Shown: positions 40,244 to 50,764, counted from the stretch's first letter. The stretch: 64,000 bases of DNA from an uncultured delta proteobacterium (GCA_963776345.1 CAVZMH010000020.1:80004-144003); one strand, 5' to 3'. Notes: generated by a model from the letters alone, not told the origin. Numbers and translations: made by a program.

Positions 40244-43000
40244 TCAGGCCTTCTCTCGTCTGCGGGCGAGGTAGAGCACGCCCGGCTGGGTGTTCAGCTC
40301 CTCGAGGAGCCGGTAGGCCCGGCCGTCGCGCGCGAGGCGGGAGATCTCCGAGTCCGGGTCGTGGAGGTCTCCGAAGACGATGGCCCGGGTGGGGCAGGAG
40401 GCCGCGCAGGCGGAGATGACCTCGCCGTCGCGCACCTTGCGGTTCTCCATCTTCGCCTTCTCCTGCCCGGCGGTGACCCGCTGCACGCAGAGGGTGCACT
40501 TCTCGCTCACCCCGCGCTCGCGCACGCTCACGTCCGGATTGAGCCCCAGGCGGGACAGCCCGTGGTGAGGCCAGTCGAAGAAGTTGAAGCGGCGCACGCC
40601 GTAGGGACAGTTGTTCTCGCAGTACCGGGTGCCGATGCAGCGCGGGTAGATCTGGGCGTTGAGCCCCTCGCGGGTGTGGTACGTGGCGAAGGTCGGGCAG
40701 ACCACCTCGCACGGCGCGTTGGTGCAGTGCTGGCACGAGAGCGGAAGGAACGACGGCTCGACGCCTCCCGGCCGCGGATCGAGGTAAGCGTGGATCCGCA
40801 TCCAGGACATCGACCGGCCGCGCTGGACCTCCTCGGCGCCCACCACCGGCAGGTTGTTCTCGACGTAGCAGGCGGCGGTGCAGGTTCCGCATCCCGTGCA
40901 CCGGTCGAGGTCCACCGCCATCCCCCAGCGGTGCTCGGGGTGCTCCACCGGCGAATACATCTGGGGGAGCGGATGGCGGGGAGGCAGGCTCGGCTGGGCC
41001 CCGCTCACGCTGCGCGCCAGCTCCCGCCCGTGCTGCTCCGAGGAGCCCTCGACCAGCGACGAAGGTTTCCTCTCCCCCGTGCGGCGGGCGGTCACCCGCA
41101 CCTCGAGGCCGGGCGGGCCCTCTCCCTCGAGCAACCGTGCAGCGTCGGGCGCAGGGAGCGCGGCCACCCCGGCACGGACGCCCGCGGTGACGTGCGCCGG
41201 CAGGGCCACCTCGCCGCCCGGACCGCTCAGCGCCACCACGTCGCCCTCCTGCACACCCAGCGGTGCCGCCGTGCTCGGATGGAGCTCGATCCAGCCCGTC
41301 CACGCATAGCCGGACAGCGGATCGGGGATCTCCTGGAGGAGGGCGCTCCGGGGGACCCGACCGTCGAGGTGGCGGAGGCCGGGCATCGCCAGCAGGGTGA
41401 GCCCGCCGGCCGGACCGCGGGACTTTGCGGGTCCGGGGAGCTCGGCGAGAGCGCCCGAGGCGAGCGCCACCGGAACGGCAGCCGCCTCGCTCAGCTTCAA
41501 CCCGTGCTCCCGCTCCTTGACGTCGTAGGCCGCGCGCACCACGTCGGCCCAGGTCCCCTCGGGGAGCCCGGCGGTCCGTCCCAGCGTCCGTGCGGCTCCG
41601 AGCAGCATGTCGGCCGCGGCGCGGGTGTCCAGCACCGGCGTCATCACCGGCTGCTGCACACCGGTCACCCCTGGCCGGGCCGGGGCGTCTCCCCAGGACT
41701 CGAGGAAGTGGTGATCCGGCAGGACCAGGTGCGCCCGGCCGGAGGTGTCATCGAGCTCCGTGGTCAGCGCCACCACGAAGGGGATCTGTCCGAGGGCCGC
41801 GGCGAAGCTCGGGTGCCCGCTGCCGATCGGATCCGCGTGGTGGAGCACCAGCGCGCCGATCGCCCCCGCGCGCGCCTGGCGCGCCAGCTCGGCCAGGTCC
41901 CACCCGGGCGGCTCCTCCGGGCGGGAGAGGAAGGCCAGGGCGGCGTTTCCCAGCAGCGCGTTCAGGACGGTCACTGCCTCGGCCAGCCGGCCCGCCTGGC
42001 TTCCGGCCAGGGCGCGTCCCGGCCCGAGAACCAGCCCCGGGCGATGGTCGAGCAGCGCCTGCGCCAGCCCCGAGATGCGCTCCGCGGTCAGCCCGGTGCG
42101 CGCCGCGACCGTCCTGGGGTCGAAGCCGGCCAGCCGCTCGCCCAGCGCGGCCCCGAGGTGAGGCGCGAGGTCCGGTGGGGGCGCCCGCTGGAGGACCTGA
42201 CGACAGAGCCCCAGCACCAGGGCCAGCTCGCTCCCCGGCTCCATCGCGAGCCACTCGTCGCACGAGGCGGCGGTCAGCGACAGCCTCGGGCCCACGTAGA
42301 TCGAGCGGCCACCCGCGGCGCGCTGCTCGGCGAGTCCCCGGGCGGACTCGACCGGCGAGCCCTCCTCGACGAAGTCGTCGCCCACCGAGAGGATGAGGCG
42401 GGCGGCCTCGAGCCGGCGCACCGGCACCGCATCGGACCCGAGCGCCCGCCGCTGTCCCTCGCGGAGCCAGGGACGCGCGGTGGGCTCGAACACCGCCCGG
42501 TGCGCCGGGGGCTGTCCCAGCGCTCCGAGCCAGGCGGTCAGGAAGCCCCCGAGCAGCCCCGGCTCGTGGCGGGTGAGCACCACCACCGCCCTTCCCGAGT
42601 CGAGGGCGGTCTTCAGGCCGCCCGCCAGCGCCTTCTCCGCCTCGGGCCAGCCCGTCGGCTTCCCGGCCGCCCATGGACTGGCGAGCCGGCCCGGACCGTA
42701 GAGCGACTCGATGGAGGCCTGGCCGGCGGGGCAGAGGCCTCCCCGGCTCACGGGATGCTCCGGGTTTCCCTCCACCATCACCGCCCGTCCCTCGCGCACC
42801 CGGGCCGTCATGCCGCAGGCCGCGGGACAGGCGCGGCAGGTGGTCCGGTACCACCGGGCCACCCCGGCGACCGCGTCGTCCGGAGGCGTGACGTAGGGCA
42901 CCATCGAGCGTGGCAGCCGGCTCTTGCATCCCTCGACCAGGCTGGTGCCCAGCACCGTCGCCGCCGAGCCGAGGAACGTCCGTCTTCCCAGTCGCTTCAT
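40244..43000 (-). CDS. actB: ActB/QrcBC-like molybdopterin-oxidoreductase-fold + Fe-S subunit
   Basis: Tat RRTFL and lipobox, N-terminal CRACPAAC...GGLC, then C-terminal CTGCGTCTAAC, CQHCTNAPC, CIGTRYCENNCP, CTLC. Confidence 0.85.
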   Translation of the reverse strand: MKRLGRRTFLGSAATVLGTSLVEGCKSRLPRSMVPYVTPPDDAVAGVARWYRTTCRACPAACGMTARVREGRAVMVEGNPEHPVSRGGLCPAGQASIESLYGPGRLASPWAAGKPTGWPEAEKALAGGLKTALDSGRAVVVLTRHEPGLLGGFLTAWLGALGQPPAHRAVFEPTARPWLREGQRRALGSDAVPVRRLEAARLILSVGDDFVEEGSPVESARGLAEQRAAGGRSIYVGPRLSLTAASCDEWLAMEPGSELALVLGLCRQVLQRAPPPDLAPHLGAALGERLAGFDPRTVAARTGLTAERISGLAQALLDHRPGLVLGPGRALAGSQAGRLAEAVTVLNALLGNAALAFLSRPEEPPGWDLAELARQARAGAIGALVLHHADPIGSGHPSFAAALGQIPFVVALTTELDDTSGRAHLVLPDHHFLESWGDAPARPGVTGVQQPVMTPVLDTRAAADMLLGAARTLGRTAGLPEGTWADVVRAAYDVKEREHGLKLSEAAAVPVALASGALAELPGPAKSRGPAGGLTLLAMPGLRHLDGRVPRSALLQEIPDPLSGYAWTGWIELHPSTAAPLGVQEGDVVALSGPGGEVALPAHVTAGVRAGVAALPAPDAARLLEGEGPPGLEVRVTARRTGERKPSSLVEGSSEQHGRELARSVSGAQPSLPPRHPLPQMYSPVEHPEHRWGMAVDLDRCTGCGTCTAACYVENNLPVVGAEEVQRGRSMSWMRIHAYLDPRPGGVEPSFLPLSCQHCTNAPCEVVCPTFATYHTREGLNAQIYPRCIGTRYCENNCPYGVRRFNFFDWPHHGLSRLGLNPDVSVRERGVSEKCTLCVQRVTAGQEKAKMENRKVRDGEVISACAASCPTRAIVFGDLHDPDSEISRLARDGRAYRLLEELNTQPGVLYLARRREKA

Positions 43001-43013
43001 CCTCGGGGCTCCC

Positions 43014-43658
43014 TCAACGGTGGCAGACCACGCAGTCGCGCCGGACGTTCCTGTCCTCGTGGCAGGTGAGGCACCGGCCCATGGTGAAGGGCTCGTCCTG
43101 CCGGACGGTCCCCATCGTCGCGACGTCGCCGTGGCACTCGCTGCAGGCGACGGGCTCGCGGAAGTGCAGGTGCACCTGGTGGGTGAAGCGGACGAAGTCG
43201 GGAAGCTCGAAGACCCGTGTCCAGCGGAGCGGCTGGTCCGCGCGCACGCGGGCGGCGAGCACCTGGACCGCCGGGTTCTCCTTGGCCACGAACTTGTGGC
43301 AGCCCATGCACTTCTTGCCCGAGGGCAGACCGGCGACCGGAGACCGGACCGCGTCGGCGTGGCAGCTCAGGCAGGGGATGGCACAGTCCCCGGCGTGGAC
43401 CCGGTGGTCGAAGGGGATCTCGTCCACCGGGGCGGGCGTGCCGGGAGGCCCGAGCACCACCTGGATCGGCGGGGCCGGGCTCGACGCGGCCGGCCCCCCT
43501 TCGGGCTCCGGTGCGCACCCGCGGCGGGTGCGCGACGAGGCTGGAAGCGGTGTCCGAACTCCCGCCGGCGGGGCGAGCTCGTCCGGAGTCGCTGGCTGCT
43601 GGCAGCCGGGGGCGGCCGCCAGCACGGCGAGCAGGAGCCCGGCGATGAGAGGCCGCAT
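43014..43658 (-). CDS. actA: ActA/QrcA-like pentaheme cytochrome c
   Basis: Five CxxCH motifs (CLSCH, CMGCH, CSECH, CLTCH, CVVCH), PFDHRVH, LPDFVRFTH. Confidence 0.85.
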   Translation of the reverse strand: MRPLIAGLLLAVLAAAPGCQQPATPDELAPPAGVRTPLPASSRTRRGCAPEPEGGPAASSPAPPIQVVLGPPGTPAPVDEIPFDHRVHAGDCAIPCLSCHADAVRSPVAGLPSGKKCMGCHKFVAKENPAVQVLAARVRADQPLRWTRVFELPDFVRFTHQVHLHFREPVACSECHGDVATMGTVRQDEPFTMGRCLTCHEDRNVRRDCVVCHR

Positions 43659-43666
43659 CCCGTCGT

Positions 43667-44254
43667 TCAGCGCTTCAGCGTCAGGTTCTGGGTGACGGTC
43701 TGGCCGGCCGCGACGGTGATCGGCTTGTCAGGCGCCTTGAGGTGGGAGTTCCAGACCGCGAGCTGGTAGGTGCCGGGTGGCACGTGGGCGATGGTGAAGC
43801 CGCCCTTCTTGTCCACCGCGGCGGCGTACGGACCGGGGGCGACGAAGATGAAGGCCAGCATCTCCGGATGCATCGAGCAGAGCTGGGTGTATGCGCCCTC
43901 CTGCTGGAACTTGTACGTCCGCTCCTCGTCCTGCTTGAAGCTCCCGAGGTTGTATCCCTCGCCGTCGGGTGAGTAGACGTTGTGGGCCACGTTGTCGTGG
44001 TTGAGGAACTTGACGCTGTCCCCCTGGGTGATCACCAGAACGTGGGGGACGAAGGTCATGGACTTCTGGTCCATCGCCTTGGTCTCGGGAGTCCTGGGCG
44101 GGGCCTTCACGCCCTTCAGGTAGACCACCGTCTCCTCCAGGTACTTGGAGGGCGTCACCTCGACCTTCCCGGTGATCGTTCCGTCGGCGGCCAGCGCCGA
44201 GGAGGTCAAGGCAAGAGCGGCGAGGGTCAGGAGATTGCGCATCGATGTCATCAT
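43667..44254 (-). CDS. Periplasmic cupredoxin (type-1 Cu) with carboxypeptidase-regulatory-like domain
   Basis: Signal peptide, FVPHV, NHDNVAHNVYS, CSMHPEM ligand set, VPPGTY. Confidence 0.82.
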   Translation of the reverse strand: MMTSMRNLLTLAALALTSSALAADGTITGKVEVTPSKYLEETVVYLKGVKAPPRTPETKAMDQKSMTFVPHVLVITQGDSVKFLNHDNVAHNVYSPDGEGYNLGSFKQDEERTYKFQQEGAYTQLCSMHPEMLAFIFVAPGPYAAAVDKKGGFTIAHVPPGTYQLAVWNSHLKAPDKPITVAAGQTVTQNLTLKR

Positions 44255-44279
44255 TTCCTCGTTTCCTTCAGGATGGGTT

Positions 44280-45695
44280 TCACATGGCCCACGCGAGAAA
44301 CAGGCCGATGCTCTCGAACTCGGAGCGGTTGTTCTCGCCGCTCGACGGAGGCGCGATCTGCAGCGGGCCCCACGGCGTGGCACCGCCCTGGTATGCCTGC
44401 GGCCCGGCGCCGGTGGTCGGGAACCCCTTGGCCGACTCGTAGTCGAACACGGCGACCAGCTTGATGTTGGGACGGATCAGGAAGGCGATGCCCGGCTGGA
44501 CGTGCAGGTCATGGACCGTCGGACCGCCCTCGGGTGTCAGCCACACGGTCTCCACCCGGAGCGCCGGCACCATCCAGGGGAAGATGACGTAGGAGAGCTC
44601 GCCGAACAGCACCTTGGCCTTCACGGGGCCGCCGGTGTCGGTGCCGTGGCCGTGCGATTCGCTGTAGTAGCCCACGTTGAGCTCGGCCGAGCCCAGCTGG
44701 CCGCGAACGCCGACGCCATAGGTGTTGGCGGTGTCGCTGGCGACGGGGGCTCCTGCCGTGGTGTCGAAGCGCGAGTTCGACTGGTACGCGAAGCCGTAGA
44801 TTCCCAGCGCCGTCTCGGCCCAGGGCCGCTCCGGATCCATCCCGCTGGACTCCTCGCCGTCCAGACGCATGCCGCCGATCTTGAAGCCCACCCGCCCGTA
44901 GAAGTTGTCCGTCGGGGCGAGCCCGTGGGCGATCTTCCCGGCGTTGAGGCCCACCGCGTAGTCGATCCGGCCGGCGATGACGCCGTTGAGCTCGACGCCG
45001 GTGTAGTTGTCCACCAGCGTCCAGGAGTTCGAGTCACCCCAGTAGATGCCGGTCACCGGCACGGTGGTGACCATCGCATCGCCCAGGTACGAGGAGTGAG
45101 GCCCGAACTGGGTGACGTTGGGGAAGCCGTGGCCAACGATGAGGTTGAAGAGGTGCTTCGGACCGACGATGTCGTTGAAGAGCAGCTGCGCGTGCTCGAC
45201 ATCCACGCCGTCACTGCTGAAGGTGACCTCGAACCAGGCCGTGATGGTGTCGTCGAACGCTGCGCCGGCCCAGATGTGGCCCTCGGCCGCGAGGTCCTGG
45301 AGGGTGAAGTGCGTGGCGCTTCCGTCGGCGCTCTTCGCTGCCTCCCCGGCGCTCGAGGAGCTGGAGGGGATGATGAGCGCCTGGCCGTTGACGCCCACGG
45401 AGAGGGGGATGGCCGCCAGGATCGAGTCGGGCCACGCGGTCTTGGGGAAGGTCTTCTTGTTCGCCTCCTGTCCCATCGGCACCTGCTCGGCCTTGATGTA
45501 GTCCGAGTCCGTGCCGGGGAAGCGATAGCCGTTGCGCCGGAACGCCTCTCCGAACGGATTGAGCTTCGGATAGACGGTGTGACAGGTCAGGCAGCTCGTC
45601 TGGTACTTGCGCGCAAAGGCCGGGATCGCCCCCGCGGGGGCTGCGGCCGTGAGCACCACGACGACGAGAAGCCCACCGAGAGCACGCCTCGACAT
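44280..45695 (-). CDS. Cyc2-like fused monoheme cytochrome-porin
   Basis: Signal peptide then IPAFARKYQTSCLTCHTVYPKLNPFGEAFRRNGY. The remainder is amphipathic beta-strands ending IGLFLAWAM. Confidence 0.78.
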   Translation of the reverse strand: MSRRALGGLLVVVVLTAAAPAGAIPAFARKYQTSCLTCHTVYPKLNPFGEAFRRNGYRFPGTDSDYIKAEQVPMGQEANKKTFPKTAWPDSILAAIPLSVGVNGQALIIPSSSSSAGEAAKSADGSATHFTLQDLAAEGHIWAGAAFDDTITAWFEVTFSSDGVDVEHAQLLFNDIVGPKHLFNLIVGHGFPNVTQFGPHSSYLGDAMVTTVPVTGIYWGDSNSWTLVDNYTGVELNGVIAGRIDYAVGLNAGKIAHGLAPTDNFYGRVGFKIGGMRLDGEESSGMDPERPWAETALGIYGFAYQSNSRFDTTAGAPVASDTANTYGVGVRGQLGSAELNVGYYSESHGHGTDTGGPVKAKVLFGELSYVIFPWMVPALRVETVWLTPEGGPTVHDLHVQPGIAFLIRPNIKLVAVFDYESAKGFPTTGAGPQAYQGGATPWGPLQIAPPSSGENNRSEFESIGLFLAWAM

Positions 45696-45749
45696 GGTTC
45701 GCTCCATTCCCGACCGCAGCTGGGAAACGTCGGATGTCGCGAGGCCCGG

Positions 45750-45765
45750 TGCAAGGACGAAGCCC
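45750..45765 (-). promoter_or_regulatory. Possible sigma54 (-24/-12) promoter of the cyc2-ACIII operon
   Basis: GGGCTTCGTCCTTGCA gives GG-N10-GC with TTGCA, but the -24 match is weak. An AT-richer tract lies upstream. Confidence 0.3.
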
Positions 45766-46123
45766 CGCGCGGGTTCGAGGTTGGAACGGCACGGCAGTTC
45801 AGATGAACCACACGCGGCGCGCGGGTCTTGGCCGAGACGCAAGCAAATGACTTCATCAGTTACGCAAAGCCTGCGAACGACGAAAGGAATGCACGCAGAG
45901 ACTGCGCTTTTGCTTGCATGTCTCTGGCATCAGAAATCGAGTTGCATATGCGCAGGTTCGTTCGGGCAGGCGGTGATCCGGCACGCCGCAGACAGGACAG
46001 CGGTGGTCACCCGGCTCGCTCTGCAGGGCCTTCGCGACCGAGGGCCGCCACGGGGCTCAGCGCCGCGTCCTCGAGCCGGGGCCACACCACTCGCTGAGTC
46101 GCGCGGCTGGCTCGGCCTGAGGT

Positions 46124-47053
46124 TCAGGCCGATGCGCCGCCGTGTGCCGGCTGCTCCGGGCGTTTCTCAGGTGTGGTCCACGGCAGGGTCGACATCATTT
46201 CCCCAGTCACCCAGGTCGCGAGGAGGATGAGGAGCAGCGGCACCCACGTTCCGCCGATGCTCCGGAACATCGTCATGCTTCGCTGCACCAGCGCGGCCAC
46301 GACCACCAGGTCGAGCACTGCGACCACCAGGGTGAAGGCGACGGCCGTGTCTCGCGCCTCCCGGGCGCCGGGCAGCCGGAAGTAGTGCCAGGCAATCGCG
46401 ACGAAGATGAGCGGGGCCACGAAGGCGTGGACCCACATCGCCAGGGACGTGCTCCCGAGCGCGAGGAGCCCTGCCATCACCGCTCCGCACGCGGCCCAGC
46501 CCGCGACGGCATGCCCCAGAAGGCGGAGCGGCGAGGCCGCCGGAGGATCCACCGCCGGGCGCGGTTCCGCTGTCGGAAGCGCCCGGGCCACGTCCGCCGC
46601 CCAGGTGCGGACCCGGTCCGGGTTCCGCCAGTCACCGCCGTGGGTCCTCGCCATCGCGCTCGCCGGAAAGCCGCGCGCGTCGGCCAAGAGGCGACCCCCG
46701 AACGTCACATGCTCCTGCGCGCCGACCAGCTCGGCGAGCGCCCGCACCCGTCCCGTGGGAGGGATCGCCCCGCGATCCGCCGAGTCGTCGAGCGGCCCGC
46801 TGGAGAAGAACCACACCGGAACCTTGCGCAGCGCCTTCCGATGTCTCCAGACGAAGCGCCGGGCGTCCGCGTGCCAGCGATTCGCGTAAAGCGCGCCTCC
46901 GACGATGACCGCATCGAAGCGTGTCTCCCGGTGCGCCTCCGACGGCGGGAGAAGCACCGGCTCGTGCCCCGATCCGGCCAGCACCGCGCCCACCATCCGT
47001 GCGATTCCCTCGGTACCGCCCCGCTTCGAACCCCAGGTCACGAGGACGCGCAT
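46124..47053 (-). CDS. HemG-like flavodoxin fused to a 4-TM domain
   Basis: VLVTWGSKRGGTEGIA, IVGGALY, WFFSSGP, FGGRL, GDWRN, then hydrophobic helices. Confidence 0.75.
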   Translation of the reverse strand: MRVLVTWGSKRGGTEGIARMVGAVLAGSGHEPVLLPPSEAHRETRFDAVIVGGALYANRWHADARRFVWRHRKALRKVPVWFFSSGPLDDSADRGAIPPTGRVRALAELVGAQEHVTFGGRLLADARGFPASAMARTHGGDWRNPDRVRTWAADVARALPTAEPRPAVDPPAASPLRLLGHAVAGWAACGAVMAGLLALGSTSLAMWVHAFVAPLIFVAIAWHYFRLPGAREARDTAVAFTLVVAVLDLVVVAALVQRSMTMFRSIGGTWVPLLLILLATWVTGEMMSTLPWTTPEKRPEQPAHGGASA

Positions 47054-47070
47054 GGTCGTGCTCCTTTCCT

Positions 47071-47697
47071 CTACGGCAGGTGATGCGCGAGGTAGATCCC
47101 GAGCGGGATGATGAACGCAACCCCGAGCAGGAGCGCGGCCGCGACCAGGACGATCGCGGCTCTCGCGCGGGTGGTGCCCTGCAGGCTGGCGAGGGCGAAC
47201 ACACCGATCACCAGTCCCCAGAGGCCGAGCGGGCTGACGCTGAGGAGAAGCCCGACCGAGACGCCGGAGTAGCACACCGCGCGGAGGGTCGCCCCGAGCC
47301 CGCGGTGCGCGCCGCGGACGACGAGCGCGAGCAGGTGCACCACGACGCCGAGCACGAGCACGATCGCCGGATACAGCACCACCGGCGCCAGCGGCACGAC
47401 GAGGAGCCCGAGGAGGCGCAACGGCGTCGCCGCGGCGGCCCCGAAGGTCTGGAGGAGGAAGAGCACCGCTCCCACCGCGCCGAACAGCGCCTGGAGCAGC
47501 CAGCCGTACCAGAAGGCTTCGGTCCAGGGGACGTCGGGTCGAAGCGCGGCGAAGAACTTCCCTGGCGAGAATGCGCTCTCCCTCAGGGTGTCGATCAGCC
47601 CCGGCCCCAGCCCGAGCCGGTCTCGTTGCTCCCAGGGAGTGAGTTCGCCGGTCGCCGTGTCCACGACCACTCCGGCCCGCAATGGCTGCGTGGGCAT
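47071..47697 (-). CDS. YIP1-family membrane protein (start uncertain)
   Basis: TPWE...SPGKFF, ATLRAVCYS, five TM helices. Confidence 0.65.
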   Translation of the reverse strand: MPTQPLRAGVVVDTATGELTPWEQRDRLGLGPGLIDTLRESAFSPGKFFAALRPDVPWTEAFWYGWLLQALFGAVGAVLFLLQTFGAAAATPLRLLGLLVVPLAPVVLYPAIVLVLGVVVHLLALVVRGAHRGLGATLRAVCYSGVSVGLLLSVSPLGLWGLVIGVFALASLQGTTRARAAIVLVAAALLLGVAFIIPLGIYLAHHLP

Positions 47698-47906
47698 CCG
47701 GGCCATCTGCACAGGGTGCGCCCGGATGCTCCGTTCTTGGCCGACTGGGGGAGGGTGCATCGGCGGGGCCAACCCGTGGCTCGACCGATGCAACCCAGCC
47801 TTCGAGCAGGGAAGCCACGGACGTGACAGGGACGCGGTCGCCGCGCGGCAAGCGGCGCCGGCGGGCACCTCGACCGAACGGGGGCCCTGACGTCCAAGAG
47901 GTGACC

Positions 47907-49007
47907 ATGAGCCGGCTGATCCGGCTGCTCGACCCGAACAACCTGCGGTCGTTCTTCGATGCGGTCTCGGTCGGCCAGGACGCGTGGAGGGCGGTGCGGG
48001 AGGACTCGGGGTTCCTCGGCGCCGTCCGGCGCACGTTGCTGCCCCTTCCGATGGACCGCGAGCCGGAGCTCGACCCGGATCCCTTCCCGCCGTTCGAGCC
48101 GGTGGCGGTCCCGGCGCTCCGGGGCGCGAAGGTGGCGGTGGTCGTCTCGGGCGGGAGCGGCGCGACCAGCGCCGCCGTCGGCGTGCAGCGGGCGTTCGAG
48201 GAGGCGGGGCTCGAGCCCGCGGCCCTCTCCGCGTCCTCCGGGTCGGTGCTCTTCGTCGCGCTCTGGGCCTGCGGCCTCGACTCGGCAGCCATCGCGCGGT
48301 TCTGGCTCGGCCTGCGCCGCGCCGACTACGTGGACGTGGACTGGGGCGCGCTGGTTCGCTCGACGCGTCGCGCGCTCGGCGGCTGGGCCGGGCTCATCCG
48401 GGGGGAGGCGCTCGAGCGCTCCATCCGCACCCTGGTCGGCGACCGGCGGCTAGGCGAGACCCGGGTCCCCTTCTCGATGCCCGCATGGAACATCGACCGG
48501 AACCGGGTGGAGATCTTCGGTACCCGGACCACGCCCGACCTTCCGGTGGCAGTGGCCGTCCGCATCTCCATCGCCATCCCCATCTTCGTCGAGCCGGTGC
48601 GGGTCGGCCCTCACGTCTACGGGGACGGCGGCATCATCGACATCTTCCCCGTCCGCCCGGTGCTGGACGTACAGCCCGACCGGGTGCTGGGCCTCAACTG
48701 CTACCTCCCGGAGGGCTTCGAGGGCGAGGACGTCACCGGCTGGCACGGGCGCTCGTTCGCCATCCTCCGCGCCAGCGGGCAGCTGCGGTGGTCGGGGATG
48801 GTGGCGCTGGCCCGCGAGCAGGCGCTGCTCGCCGGGGACCGGCTGACCCTGCTCCACCCCGTGCCGTACGAGGCAGTGCGCGGGGGACGCTTCTACGAGA
48901 CCTTCGTCGACCGCCGGCGCTGGCCGGAGTTCATGAACGCCGGGCGGGAGGCGACCCGCGCGCTGTTCGCCCGGCTCGGGCCGCTCCCGGCCGCGAGCGA
49001 GCGCTAG
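47907..49007 (+). CDS. Patatin-like phospholipase
   Basis: VSGGSG, SASSG nucleophile loop, SIAIP, DGG. Confidence 0.78.
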   Translation: MSRLIRLLDPNNLRSFFDAVSVGQDAWRAVREDSGFLGAVRRTLLPLPMDREPELDPDPFPPFEPVAVPALRGAKVAVVVSGGSGATSAAVGVQRAFEEAGLEPAALSASSGSVLFVALWACGLDSAAIARFWLGLRRADYVDVDWGALVRSTRRALGGWAGLIRGEALERSIRTLVGDRRLGETRVPFSMPAWNIDRNRVEIFGTRTTPDLPVAVAVRISIAIPIFVEPVRVGPHVYGDGGIIDIFPVRPVLDVQPDRVLGLNCYLPEGFEGEDVTGWHGRSFAILRASGQLRWSGMVALAREQALLAGDRLTLLHPVPYEAVRGGRFYETFVDRRRWPEFMNAGREATRALFARLGPLPAASER

Positions 49008-50665
49008 CGCTGACTCGTCCGCTGGGCGCGAGCCCCGGTGCGGACCTCGTCCAGCTCCGGCACGTCCCGGTCCGCGTCCTTCCACTGCGCGGCCAGGGTG
49101 GCGTACCGCTCGCGGGCCATCACCGCGTCGCCGGCCCGCTGCGCGGCGCGCGCCGAGCCGAGCAGGGCCCGGGAGAGGTTCGGGTAGCGGAGCAGGGTCG
49201 CGTCGTAGGCCACCAGCGCCTCCTTCGGCCGGTTCGCCTCGAGCAGGAAGTCCGCCGACATCAACCGCGGCGGCGCGTCGAAGGCAGGTCCGCTGTTCCG
49301 CAGCCGCTCGGTCGCGTCCGCCCATCGCCCCATCGCCTCGGCGGCGGCGCTCCAGGCCTCGGGCGTCCGCTCGCGGTGGGCACGGGCTCCGGCGAGGTAG
49401 GCGGTGCTCATCAGCGTCTGGCGTTCGGCCCGGTCGGGCGGGAGCATCTTCGCCCAGGGCTCCATCGCCGCCCGGGTCTGGTCCAGGACCGCGAGCTGCG
49501 CCTTGACCCCCGGCTCGTCCCCGGCGCGCATCGCCCGCTCGGCGAGCGCCGTCTGCATCGCGCTCCGGCCCCAGAGGCCCACCGGATAGCGGACCGCGTC
49601 GGCGCCGCTGCCCGGGCTGTGGAGCGCGCATCCCAGGCTGCCGTCGGGCTCGCCCTTCTCGAGGTAGGGCTTCTCCATCACTGCGAGCATCGCCGGTCCC
49701 TCGGACCAGCGGCCGGTGTCCACCAGGTACTTGCGTGCGAGCTGCGCGTAGCCGAGCCGGATGTCCGCGCCGTCCTCCTCCTTCATCCGCCGCCCGATGT
49801 CGTCCAGCACCGCCCGGGCCCGGCCGAAGCGCCCGAGCTCGAGGTACGAGGCGCCGAGCCAGGAGTACGCGTGGTAGTCGCGGTCGGCCTGGCCCTTCTT
49901 TCTCCGGAGGGCCCACTGCTCCGAGGCGGCCCACGAGTCCTCGTTGGACGCGGCCGACTCGGCCCACATCCCGAGCTGGACGAAGATGTGGGACGGCATG
50001 TGCCGCGCGTGCGACGACGCGGGCGCGATGCGGGCGTACTTCCGGGCGGCGGGGAGCGCGAGCACCGCGTGGTCCGGCGTGTCGCAGGCGTGGATGAAGT
50101 AGTGCGCCGCCCCCGGATGGTTCGGCTTGCGCCGGAACACGTCCATGGCGATGGCGGTGGCCTGCATCAGCCGGCCGGTGTTGCGGAAGCCCTCGCTGTT
50201 GGTGATGAGGGCGAGCACGTGCTGGAGCGCGAGCTCGTCGTCGGCGGGGAAGGCGCGGTGCGCGCGCTCGGTCTCCTGGAGCCAGGCCCGGTGGCGCTCC
50301 TGGATGTCTCCGGTGCCGAAGAGCGCCCGCGCGGCGGCGAGGTGCGCACGCTCCGTCGGCTTCAGCGTCTCCTCGCTGGTGACCCCCGCCAGGGCGGCCT
50401 GCGCCGACTGCACCTGCTCCTCGCCCCAGATGGGGTGGCTGTAGGCCATGGCGTCGCCCCAGTGCGCCATGGCGCAGTGCGGGTCGGCCTTCGCCGCGGC
50501 CTGGAACGTCTGGTGCGCATCCTCGTACTGGAACGAGTGCAGCTGGAGCATCCCCTGCACGAACAGCTGCCGGCACTCGGTGTTGCCGGTGACGGGGAAG
50601 TCCAGCACCCCGTATCTCGCCGCCGGGGTGGCGGCGAGCGCGAGGGACAGCAAGAGGGCAGTCAT
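49004..50665 (-). CDS. Secreted TPR-like protein
   Basis: Signal peptide, [37 protein letters not shown]. Confidence 0.72.
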   Translation of the reverse strand: MTALLLSLALAATPAARYGVLDFPVTGNTECRQLFVQGMLQLHSFQYEDAHQTFQAAAKADPHCAMAHWGDAMAYSHPIWGEEQVQSAQAALAGVTSEETLKPTERAHLAAARALFGTGDIQERHRAWLQETERAHRAFPADDELALQHVLALITNSEGFRNTGRLMQATAIAMDVFRRKPNHPGAAHYFIHACDTPDHAVLALPAARKYARIAPASSHARHMPSHIFVQLGMWAESAASNEDSWAASEQWALRRKKGQADRDYHAYSWLGASYLELGRFGRARAVLDDIGRRMKEEDGADIRLGYAQLARKYLVDTGRWSEGPAMLAVMEKPYLEKGEPDGSLGCALHSPGSGADAVRYPVGLWGRSAMQTALAERAMRAGDEPGVKAQLAVLDQTRAAMEPWAKMLPPDRAERQTLMSTAYLAGARAHRERTPEAWSAAAEAMGRWADATERLRNSGPAFDAPPRLMSADFLLEANRPKEALVAYDATLLRYPNLSRALLGSARAAQRAGDAVMARERYATLAAQWKDADRDVPELDEVRTGARAQRTSQR

Positions 50666-50764
50666 GGTCCCGACGTGAATACCATGCCCGGTGGCCGGGC
50701 TGGCCTCATAGAGTCGGTGGCGAACGGGGCGGGGCGCGGCCCCCCCGCCTGGAGGAAGCTCGCG

